DNA of 64,000 bases from Azolla caroliniana (Eukaryota; Plantae; Polypodiophyta), in the NCBI GenBank assembly GCA_043228905.1, contig JBHGNT010000003.1:18290001-18354000 (forward strand), written 5' to 3'. Under the pieces are notes generated by a model. That model was not told the origin of the DNA. It made no database searches and saw only the letters and a list, made by a program, of their open reading frames with translations. Positions 38,501 to 49,829 of this stretch are shown one piece after another (position 1 is the first letter of the stretch; each line of letters starts with the position of its first letter). Both the position numbers and the translations under genes were made by a program.

Positions 38501-40209
38501 ACGTCAAAAGGAGCCGGAGGAAAGGACTGGCTACTGCAGACACTAACATTGACACTGAAACTACAGAATATTGAGAGTATTATTTTGAATAGAGTTTTAT
38601 GTTCTGCGCTCTCTCTCTCTCTCTCTCTCCTATGTATGCTTATTCTCTGTGTTAAGCTTCCATTAAACCTTCTTCTCTTGACTGTTACTATCCGGCAGAG
38701 CCAGTTTGGCATAAGCTTTCGCATGCTAACTTTAACCCTCGGCTTGGCTGGTGACTACTGTTATGTGTTGTATCTGAGGCATCCTGCTTAGTGTGTCAGG
38801 TAATGTATGTAACTTACCTTTTTTATGTATGATTTCCAAATCGAATTCTCCCAATAGGTCTTGCCACCTCATTTGTTTTGCTGATAATCGTGGTTGTGAT
38901 TGGAAGTATTTTAGAGAGATATTATCTGTTATTACCCATGTGAACTTATCTTGTACATAATGTCTCAATTTTCGGAGAGCGTATACTATGGCCAACATCT
39001 CCTTCTCATGTGTCGGCCACCTACTCTCTACTTCCGAATTTTTTTTGGACTCTTATGCAATTGGGTGTGTGTCCTGAAACAACACGACCCCATATGCTTG
39101 ATCACATGCATCGATGTGGATCTTGAATGGTTCCGTGAAATCGGGTAATTGGAGCACTGATTGTGAGCATACGGTCTCTTTTAATTTATCGAATGCAGCC
39201 TGTTCTCTTGTTGTCCATTTGAGCATTTGAGCACCTCTGATGAGATCCGTGAGTGGGGCTGCCATTTCACGAAAATTCCTAATGATTCTCCTAACATATT
39301 ACACAAATCCTATAAATTGTTGTACCTCTATTATCTTGGTAGGTCGTGGCCATTTCCTTATTGCTTCTACTTTCGTCGCATCCATTTCTAGTCCATCCCT
39401 TCCTATTCGGAACCCAAGGAACTCTATTTCCTCTACAACAAACTCACATTTTTCTGGGTTGGCGAATAACTTATGTTCTCTTAGTCATTGTAAGACTTGA
39501 GTGACATGTAGCTTGTGTTCTTCCAATGATTTGCTAAAAATTAGCAAATCGTCAATCTATATTGTTACAAACTTATCTAGATAGTCACGGAAAAGATCAT
39601 TCCCAAGCCTACAGAAGGTCCCCAACGCTCCAGTCAATCCAAAGCTCATGACCAACCACTCAAAACTGCCATATCTAGTACAAAATGTTGTTTTCTCAAT
39701 GTCCTCTACTGCTATCTCGATTTCATGGTATCCGGAGCGCAAATCGATTCTAGAGAAATATTGGGCGCCTTGTAATTGATCAAGTAAATCAACTATTACA
39801 GGTATAGGATATGTACTCTAAATTATAATTTTGTTCAAAGCCCTATAATCCATGCACAATCTCATTCTGCCATGCTTCTTTGCTACAAAAATTATTGGTG
39901 CACCGTAAGGAGAATGTCTCGGCTGGATGAAGCCACAATCTTCCAATTCTTGTAATTGCTTCTTTAACTCTTCGTGTGTTGCATTCATTCAGTAGGGAGC
40001 TTTCACGGGTGGCATGATTCCCGAAATAAGAGGAATTTGATGATCAATTGATCGTTGTCGCGGAAGTGTCTTCGGCAACTCCTCTGTTAACAAATCACTA
40101 AATTGATTGAGTATTTCGTGAAAACTATCATCACCCAAACATACCGTTTTCAAGTCTTGATTTTGTTGTATTCTTTTCTATAGGGAGGTACATAAATAAA
40201 GTTGCCCGT
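35540..40209 (-). mobile_element. Chromovirus (Ty3/gypsy) pol: RT-RH-INT-chromodomain, degenerate
   Basis: [10 protein letters not shown]; YLDKFVTI*IDDLL; HIDACD; INT AHPQTDGQTERLNQ; chromodomain YEPEAILNKQVQQGKSRFLVKWQGRSIAEASWVTEEAL (~35594-35707). Confidence 0.9.
36690..38737 (+). mobile_element. Internally deleted copia element (partial LTR, RT-RH, LTR) with CTCGG TSD
   Basis: CTCGG at 36685-36689 and 38738-38742. RT LYVDDLV, RH KHIEVHYH/ADIFTKPL. Right LTR ~38399-38737. Both LTRs share GAATATTGAGAGTATTATTTTGAATA. Confidence 0.8.
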
Positions 40210-40685
40210 TGTTGTGAAAATCCGTCACTATGTGCGGATCGTGAGGCGGAACCGCCGGGGTCTTGGATCGAAAGGATTTGACGTTTGTACTAGCTTTAGC
40301 GAGAAAGTATTTAAGATAGATTGAGAGATATTGATATGGCTAGAGAAAGATTGAGATGGAGAGAGAGGGAGATTAAGATTGAACCCTTGACTTTAGATTT
40401 GAGAAACAAGATTAATACATCACCAATTGGATAACGAATTTTCTTTTTTTTATTAATTTCTTGATTAATACATAGCTCCGTTTTTCTTTTTCATCCACTC
40501 TTTTATAGATGCCCCCATGCATATGATGCATGTGAGGGTGCAAGACATGCATGTAATTAATGCATGAAATGCATGTTTGCCATTTGGCGCTCATGCATTG
40601 CATGTGTTGCATGATAACCATGTCACTCATTCAAGCTCTCATGTATGAGAAGTATAATGATAAAATGTAACTTTAAGAAATGACT

Positions 40686-40742
40686 TGGCTTAGTGATAAG
40701 TTTATTACCTCCTTCCTTGGAGGTGCAAGGTTCAAGCCTTGC
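40686..40742 (+). promoter_or_regulatory. tRNA-like Pol III module in the gypsy LTR
   Basis: A TGGCTTAGTGA (40686), B GGTTCAAGCCT (40729). Perfect stems ACCTCC/GGAGGT and GCAAGG/CCTTGC. Confidence 0.75.
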
Positions 40743-41639
40743 TTGCATCCCTTTCAATGCACAAAATATTACTAGGCTTTAGTCTTGTATTTTACAAATG
40801 TTTAACTGCATATTACACCTTCAGTTGACCTCCAATGAGCCGACAAAACCTATAGACGATTTTTTTGTGTGTTCGTTTCACACCGAAATCTTCAAGACAC
40901 CGTACGTTGCGATCAACCTATCCGACTAACCCGACCAATCCGTCTGTCCGGTCCCGACCGGTTCGATCCGCATTCCATCCGGTCTGGTTCCGGTTTCGGT
41001 TTCGGTTCCGTCGCCATCCATCCAGTTCGGTTCTCCAAACCCATTACGAGTAGTTACACCACATCCATCCATCCGAATAGTTTAGTCCAAGTCACCTTGA
41101 ACATTCTGTGCTCCACACATAGATAGAAAGTAATAAGTTTTGGCTCTGCTTATATATTGTGGGATCCTGATTTGTCCTATCTATGTGGAATATCTCAGAG
41201 TTTTGTTTTTCTCTTCTTCTTCTCAAACTTCACACTCACATAACTTGACATTTAGTTGTCCGTTTCAAATGTTGTAAAGTGCATTCGAAAGCTCTTAAAG
41301 ACATCCATCTTTTCGTACCAAGATATTAAACTAATATAAAATAGTATCTTCACTATTATTGTTTCATATTGTGTGTGAAGAACCACACTTGATTTTGTAC
41401 ATTCCATGCAATTTTCACACCATTGCCGAAAATCTTCACGACATCCACCCCCACCAAACCGCACGTCCTCCGGTACGTGCCAAGAAGAGAGAGTGTGTGA
41501 GATTTCAGATATGGTGATCAATTAGATTCCTCCATGTCCTCATTCACATAACTCAAGTATGTAGGTTCAGTCCTACTATCTTCATCGTCGAGGTGATTGA
41601 GGTCAGGATCCTCGTCTTGTCTTTTCTTGGAAATTTTTA

Positions 41640-44600
41640 CTCATTTTCCCGCAATGGGTATGGCCAACCTTAATCTGTCTAGCTCCGCAAGGTGGTATGT
41701 GGCATTTTCGTTGGCACTTGTCGCCACATATGGTCAGAACCACCTTCTTGTGAACTTTCTTGTTTTCCTGTGTTGATTGTCAAGGATGTTGTTGTAGACC
41801 AATACCCAATCTCCTTCTTCGATATTCTTGGGACGTAGTCGATGTGTCTTGCCGAACCGAATCTTGTTCCTCACTCGGGCTACCTCCATCATCTTTCGTG
41901 CTTTTTCTAAATCTTCAGGCCTTCTTTCAAGTTGCCTTATCCGTGCCGCTAATAATTCTTCTTGGCTCATCTCATTTTCCCATGGTATAGGTACCCATGA
42001 GGCGATCATCCTTTCGATGGGCATTACTGGCTTCTGTCCATACATAAGCTTTGTTGGCATATACCCTGTCTCTGAACTGTGTGTAGTTCTATTGGCTCAC
42101 AAGGCATAGGGCAATAGTCGTGGCCAGTTCCCGACTCGACCGTTGCATGCTCGTACGATGACTTTGACGATTGGTCCATGCTCTCACTCGATCTTCCCAT
42201 TCGCTTCTGGATTGTAGGCAGTCGTGAGTGAGAGCTTCACGCCTAGTCGTTCGAAGAGCTCCGTTGTTTCATGTACATTCAACTCCCTTCGATCGGCCAC
42301 TATCTTTCCCACACATCCGTATCGGCAGACAACCTCTTCGAGTAGAAATTTGCAAACAACTGACATCGTCTTATTTGCCAAGGCCCGTCCTTCCACTTGA
42401 TTTGCCAGAACTAAGTACTTCATTTTTCCCACTCTCATTGGCATCGAGACTAGATCCACCATCCATTTGAAGTGTATGGTGAACCGGTATGTCGGTCGTA
42501 CCTCATCACGATGACGTATGTTCGAATGTACTTGGCAAGTTTCGCATGTGGACACAAAATGGAGTACATCTTTGTACATGCTTGGCCACCAATACTTCTC
42601 CTTCAACTTTTCGAATGTCACCCATGTTCGTCTATGACCTGCCCAAGGACTCTCGTGGAATTCAGTCATCAGCTTCACTTGCTCTTCTTTCTTCACCACC
42701 ACTCGACGTGGCATTCCTCTCCTTCTTTTTGGGTGTCGCCCATGGAATTCTCCCTTCAGGAAGTAGTGGTAAGCTTTCTTCCGGATTCGTAGAGCCTCCT
42801 CCTTCGTCAACAAAGCATCCGCCATCATTGTTCTTAAGAATCTGTCGATTAGTAACCACTCTCCTTTGTACTCGTCCTCGTTGAAAGCATGGAGGGTTAG
42901 CGTGCCCTTGTCTTCTGTCGATAGTCGGGCGATCTTGAAGAAATCAAGGGTGACGTCTTCATCTTCTGAAACCATGTTACATTCATTCTCAAATCTTGCC
43001 CTCGATAGCATGTCAGCCATGGCATTCTTCTTTCCTACAATGTCGCAGATCTCTGTGTTTAAAGACTTGATATAGGCGATCCACCTTAGCATAGCTAGAT
43101 CTAGTGTTGCACATCCTGAGGTCATCCCGAGGATTGGGAGACAATCTTTCTCAATTATCACTTCCGACCCGATTAGGTAGTCTTTGTCCATCTTCACTGT
43201 AGACACAATACCCCAAAGTTCCCACTTGACTTGGTCGTATCTTTGTTGTCGTTCGCTGAGAACCTTTGCTCCGAACCGGATGGCATACCACACATTATCT
43301 TCTCCTTCTTGGTTGATGACCCACCTGATTCCAGTTGGGCTCATATCTACAGTCACATAAATCAGCTTTCTTTCGGTATAGTCGGCCTTTCTTAGTGTTG
43401 GAGCTTCAAGAAGTAGTTCCTTCAATCTTCACATCGCGTTTGTATGCTCGTCTCGCCATTCGAACTTCATTCTTTTCTTTAGCAATCCATATAATGGCTC
43501 GACAACATGACCGTAGTGCGGAATCCAGATATGATAAATCAAGCATGCTCCAAGGAACCTTCGAACCTCTGTTTGGGTTACACATTCTTCTTTCATGTCC
43601 TAGATTGCGTTCACCTTGGATGGCGAAGGCTTTTGGCTGTATGCTCCACACAAGTGACCTACCACGAAGATCTCTGGTTGCCCGAATGCAGATTTTTCTC
43701 CCGAAAATGTCAAATTCGCATCTTCGAGCCTTTGGAGCACCTTCTCACAATCTTTCATATGATCCACGACGAACTTTCTACACCCTTCCTTATCTTTTGA
43801 TTCATCCTTCTCCTCACCCGAACATTCTTTTATTGGAATATCATCCAAGAATGGCATCGTGATGCTTGGGATGCAATCCTTCAAGCCTTGTTCATGGTAT
43901 TCACCATATGAGCCACCGAGTTCGTTGCACCTTGAGGTAAGGTACACATCCTCACAAGCCCGATCGAAGTCCTCATGGTTGTAATGTCACGACTATCGAT
44001 TGCCAACTGGAATTGATCGTATCTAGAGTAGAGATCGCCAATGGAGTAGATGGACCGGCCCACAAACGCCTCAGCAAATTCATCCACACTCGGACTAATT
44101 CCAACATTCCGAATTGTCACCTTGTTGATGGCTTGAAGATCCTGGATGAATGACAATGATCCATTCTTCTTTGGCACCGTGAACCACGTATTAGAATAAG
44201 GAGCATTCAACGGTTCCAAAATTCCCGTTTTCACCTTCTCTTTTAAGAGCTCGATAAGCTTCAGTAGGTATGCTCTCGGAACCGGTATCGGTTTCTAATT
44301 CCAAGGCACATGCGGCACCGTGAAGATCACCATCAATTCTACCATCCTTGGATCATCATATCCGATTTCCTGTGGGAGAAAAGCGAAAGCCTTCCCATGT
44401 TTTTCAAGCATTCCGCAGAACATTCGCTCCTCTTCAGGGAGGAGGAAATCCTCCTTTCCAACTCTTAGCTTTCTTTTTTTCTCTTCAGTGAAGACGTGAC
44501 CTATTGACTTTGGATCCCTTAAGCTTGGATCATTATTGACTTCCTTCATCTTTTGCCAGCTATCTTTTGGTAGCAGAACCGCAACTGGCTTGATATTTCT

Positions 44601-45868
44601 ATCCACCGTTTTATATTTTGTGTTAACTTCAGCTTCCTCCATCAAGATGCTTCAATGGTATTCATCGATGATTGCGTACATGTTGACAGAGTTAACCGAA
44701 ATCACATGTTGATTGTGAAGATAGCTCAAGTCCAGGACTTCCTCGATTTTGCCAATGGTGTCGTTAAATGAGGCTTCTTCCATAATATGAGTCACAAATT
44801 CTTCTTCTTCTATTATGTTCTCTTCTTTCAGCATCTTCTCGAAGTCTTGTATCTGACGCTTGTCCTTCTTGTTGGGTAGTACTACTTTACATGCGCCACT
44901 AGGTGTGACACATGTTGCTTCTCCTTGCAATCCATGCACTCTACTTTCTTGTGGGGACTTGTGATCACTTGGACTATTTGTGCTCCATTCTTCAATAGTC
45001 CGCTCTAAAAGTCCAAGGATTCGCCTCCAAGGCTATCTCGATTTCTGTCATGATTAGCTCACACCGTTAGGAATTGAACATATCTTTGACTATCAAGACT
45101 CTTGATTCGCGCGAAGGCTGCTCCATTATCGAACACCTTAGTCTCCATCCGGGATGATGTGATGTATGGTTGTCCAAGGATGACAGGATGCGAAGCCGAT
45201 TCTTGCACGAAGAAGTGTTGATCCATCTCCACATCCCCAATCGTGACTTTAACATTTGGGCAAGCTCCGTACAAGTCCTCTGTGGCCTTTGTTGCCACTC
45301 GAATCTTCCATTCGTGGTTTGTATTAATTGGCCATCTTCCATTTTTGGAGAACTCAGTTGACATGAGGTTGATGTCCAAGCCATGGTCAATCAAGGCTAC
45401 CACATTCTCTTTCTTCTCCCCGATCTTCATTGGCGTGTCCGTTGTCGCTCGTGCCCAATGAGGTCAAGTATAGTGGCTGTCCACCATATCTTCATCGACT
45501 TCGTCCCTTGCCATCGTTATGACGTTTGTTTTGGCTTTTAATGGCTTCTCTTCTTCCTCGTCCGATTGTTGTCTTTTTCTCTTTACAAGGTCCACGATCA
45601 TATCATGGAACTCCTTTTTCGTAATGTCGAGCAATTCCTTCAAGGACAAGGTCACATGACTATCGAGAACATGTTCCTCGAGAATCTTCTTCAGATCTGT
45701 TGTTTGCTCTATGTCCAACTTTAGCTTATAGGTAGGCATAGTTCTTGTTCCAAGCAGGTTCTTCGACTCCATTTCTTTGACTCGTTTGCTCGACTCCCCT
45801 TTTTGACTTGAATCTCCTTCCTCCGTTTGTAAAGCTCGACTCGTTTCTGTATCTTCTTTCTTTTTCAC
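41640..45868 (-). pseudogene. Phygy-like pol (PR-RT-RH-INT), fragmented
   Basis: ORF fragments 45059-45430, 43881-44234, 43600-43947, 42184-43425, 41734-42060 in gypsy domain order. Confidence 0.9.
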
Positions 45869-46433
45869 GCTTCTTGTTTCATGTCCGTGTTACTCCTAAG
45901 GGCCGGACAATAGCCTAACACAGGGTGTCTACGGAAGACACTTCACCAAAGGGTGTTACAGCGAGGTAACTTAGACTAACGATTGATCAGACCTTTATCA
46001 ACTACTTAAGCAACATATCATGAATCTTAATACATGCGTAAGATAGAAAGTAATTAGCACAGAACGGTAATCAATACATAGAGATAAGACAATAGGGCTT
46101 TATTAATTATCCGTCCGATTTACAATGTAACCGGGCCTTTTTATAGATCATCGGCTCTGCATACAAAACGCTGCCAACCGGGACACTGATATGAACCGGT
46201 TCGGATCCAGATCGGCATACCGATTCCGGTCTGTCCGTTCACTTCTCAAAATATACTTAATTATGTAATATTCTAATAACAGCTTCCGATAATTCCTGCC
46301 CTTTCACATTCTGGACTGTCCTCCACTCCTTGCCGGTTGGCTAACACATGGCACGCCCGTGGGAAAGTACCTTGTACGTCGAATCCCACTATCTGGCCTT
46401 CAATCCTTGTCCAAAATGTCTAGAATGCTCTGA

Positions 46434-49393
46434 TCAAGGGGCTCTAAGGGTTCTTCGGAAAGCTGATCGGATTGCTGCTCCTGCTGCTCCTCCGTTGGTT
46501 GTGGCCGTTGCTCCGGCTGCTACTCCGTTGGCTGTTGCTGTTGCTCCTGTTGCTGCATGGTCTCCGGCTCTTCTGGGCGTTGCTCCTTCGATAGCTGCTC
46601 CGTTGGCTATGGGTTGCTGCTCCGTTGGCTGTTGTTGTTGCTCCTGCTGCGGCGCAGTCTCTGGCTCTTCTGGGCGTTGCTCCTCCGATAGCTGTTGTCC
46701 GGCTCTCGGTGCCGGCAGTTGTTGCGGATATTCCTCCCTTGGCTGCTCCTCCTGAGTTAAATCCGGTTGGCTTGTCCCAACCTTGCCTCTGTCCATCCTT
46801 TGCTCCAACGATGGCTCTTCATCACTGAGATTGATTGTTGCCGCGCTCTTTGTCGCCTCTTGCCGTAGCCTCTCCTTTTCATAACTTTCAAACTGGATTT
46901 GGTTATCCAGCCGATCATCGTCCAGTTGTGCCACTAGTTGCCCGACCACTGCTATTTGTTCATCAGCCAACGCTACGAAGTCATCTGCCAATTCATCTTT
47001 CACGGCAACAAAGTCTTCCTTTTCCAACTTATAGAACTCATCTCCTTCCCTTTGCCGGTTTTCTGTGTCCGCCCTCAGCAACTGTAGCTCGGCAGCATGC
47101 TTCGCCCATTTCGACCACCATAATACTAAGTTGTCTTCAATCAAGCGCTTCGTTCGATTCTTCCATGCTTGTACAATGCACCGGATCCACTCCAGCCCAA
47201 TCTTTGATTTGTCTTCTATGGCCTGCCGTTCATCTTTCAACTGTTTCATCAAGTTTGTAGTTACCACCTCTTGGTCCTTGTAGCGCCACAGTTGATTCTG
47301 ATAGGTTGTCTGCACTCTTTGTAAGACCATGGTGGCGCGTTCCATTTCCGCATGATGTTGTATCTGGAGTTCCAGGCGTTCCTGCGCCGCTTCAGTTCGT
47401 ATATTCGCCTTCTCAGCCCGTTCTTCTGCTAGTGCCGTCTCCGCCCGTTGCACTTCATTCCGGAGCTCGAACATCTTCTCCTGCTGCCGGTCGTTGTCGG
47501 TGATGAGCTTTTTGTATTTTACCTCGACATGTTTATAATCCTGGTGCAGGCGGTCAAAATCGTCAGTTTTCAACTTCAGCTTCAGATTGATTTGGCGGCG
47601 AGCTCGGTCTTCCCTATCCTTTTGTTGCCCAAGCTCTTCTTTGAGCCTCTCTATCTCTGTTTCCGCCATCCTTCGGAGTTTAGCCTTCCCTTGCAACTAT
47701 TTTTCTTTCTCTTCCTTAAGCTGGTCATAAGCTTGGTGTCCCTTCCGTAAGCTTTCTTCTACTCGGCGGAGGTTGTCGGCAGTCTTCCGTTGTTCCTCCT
47801 CCGCCGCTATTTTTAATTCTCTTTCCCTGGCCCATAATGCTTCCTGTGTGGCCATGTCTTCTTTGGGAACGACAAGCTCTTGAGCTTGCACTGTAATTGT
47901 ATCTGGGATTGTTTACGTCACTGGGGTCGTATTATTATGTACAATTGTCGGTGTTTCATTATTCTGTACATGTACCGGAGGCACCGGTTCTTGTTCCTAG
48001 GGTCTTGTTATGACCATCTTAGCCAATTCTTCCGTGGCTATTTCCAATTCTTGTTCCAAGCTCTGAATCCTTGACGAGGCCTTCTCTAGTTCTCCGGTTG
48101 TGGCTAGCAACCGGTCCAATTGTGCTTTCTCTTCTGCCTCCATAGAATGGACCACTCCGGCTATTTGCTCACCGATCCACCGCAACCATTGGCTGTCGGT
48201 GCCTTGTTGTTGTGTCCATGCGAAGGGTTGGCCGATTTCTGCGCTTGGCAGTGGCTGATCTTGTCTGGTTACGTCGATTGGCAACTCTGGCTTCGGTTGG
48301 TTACCACTTGGCAGTTCCGGCTCTGGTTGTTCCTCAGTTGGCTGTTCCAGCTTTGGTTGGTCCTAGTGTGCCGGTGGTGTAGACAACTAAATCACCGGCT
48401 CTTGAATCACGGGTCTTATATTGTAGACACCTGCGCAGGGAATTCTGTGACTGGTTCTATTCGAACCGGTTCCGATTCCACTCTTGGCTCTGGGCCCTCA
48501 GTGCAGGGTATCAACGTCCTATCCTTCTCTGGACCCAATTGCTCCCCGACATGGTTTGCAGTGCTCTTCTTCTGGCGCCGTTGGAGGTGCTTGTTGGGCT
48601 CCTCCTCCATTTCATCCTTCTGAGTCCCAAGATTGATTTTCATTGCCAAGGGATCTGGCTCCTGTTGACCTGGTCGGCGCAATGTAATCTTTATTGGTTG
48701 TGCCGGTGTTTCCTCCTGTGTCTCCCCCTGGTTAGGTCGCTCTTTCGTCGTTTTCTCACTGTTGGCCTCCTTCCCTTTGGTTACCCTAGCAGCCAATAGT
48801 TGTTGCCGTTTTGAAGCCGTTTTGGGGGTTCCTTCAGTTGATCTCCCCCGCTTCTTCGCCGTGATGAGCTCCACTGGTGGTGTTAATAGTGTGAGCCATT
48901 GCACCACCGCCGTCCATATTTTCCTGCCATCCTTCCCTCTTACCGAGTCGATGGCCGCGCGCAGTCCGTCGGCGATAAGCATCGACCAGTCCACCTGTAT
49001 ACCCTCATATGTGGCTATAATAAAACCTGCTCTATCTCTAGGCATTGCCGGGGGTCGAGGGTACACATGGCCAAACTCATGGAGTACATGAGAAATCTCT
49101 CGGAATAGGCCATCCTCGCCGACCTGTGTGTGATATGCCTTGCTGGCAAAAGAGTACTCACCAAGGTATTTCATGAGCTGCTCCGAGGTAGGGTTGTCGA
49201 TGGTGAAGATGCCGCCTTCGGGTAGGCCCGTGAGGGCCCGAATTGCCTCCTCTATGATTACTTCTGTGTCGATGTCTTTGACAACCTTTTCTGCCTCTTT
49301 GTGTGGTGGTGCCTCCATGATCCTCGAGAAACCTTCCAATCCGTGTTGCTTCAACCACTTCTTGGCTGCCTCAGAGAGTGCCATGCAGTCCAT
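46434..49393 (-). pseudogene. Extra 3' ORF of the Athila-like element: plant-transposon-protein-like N-domain, low-complexity linker, long coiled coil
   Basis: Fragments 48416-49393, 47997-48284, 47697-47891 and 46434-47696; the last three share one frame. Motifs IIEEAIRALTGLPEGG and GIQVDWSMLIADGL. E/K/R/Q-rich heptads. Confidence 0.7.
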
Positions 49394-49829
49394 TTCTCCT
49401 TCTGAATCGATGGGTGCTAGTGAGGTAGGTGCGTTAGTGGGCTCTGGGTGCTCGCGTCTGATTATCTTTAATCGCCTGTGTGCGTTTGCAATTCTCTGTT
49501 CGCGAAATGAGAAGGCCTCCTTTCTCGATTCCTACGCATGTGCACGTCGTGTACTATAATAGCAATGAAGTGCCCCGTGGCGGCGTTTTAATGCGCTATA
49601 AATAGCCCACTTCATGGCTTTTCAAAGTGCCCGTTCACTTCTCCCTTGTCATGGCATGTGGCCGTTCGCTCCTTGCCATCGCATGATTTGATCTGATTCG
49701 ATTTCCTTTCTTTTTCTTTTTCTTTTTCTTCTTCTTTTTTCTTTTTATTTATTTATTTATTTATTTTTAAATTCAATCTTGTTAATCCGTATCCGGCCCA
49801 AACAGACCCTTCTCTGGCTTGTGGTCCCT

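Noticed and set aside
46348-49559. Plus-strand ORFs including the Ala/Cys-rich 135-aa one
   Set aside because: Antisense shadows of the minus-strand extra ORF.
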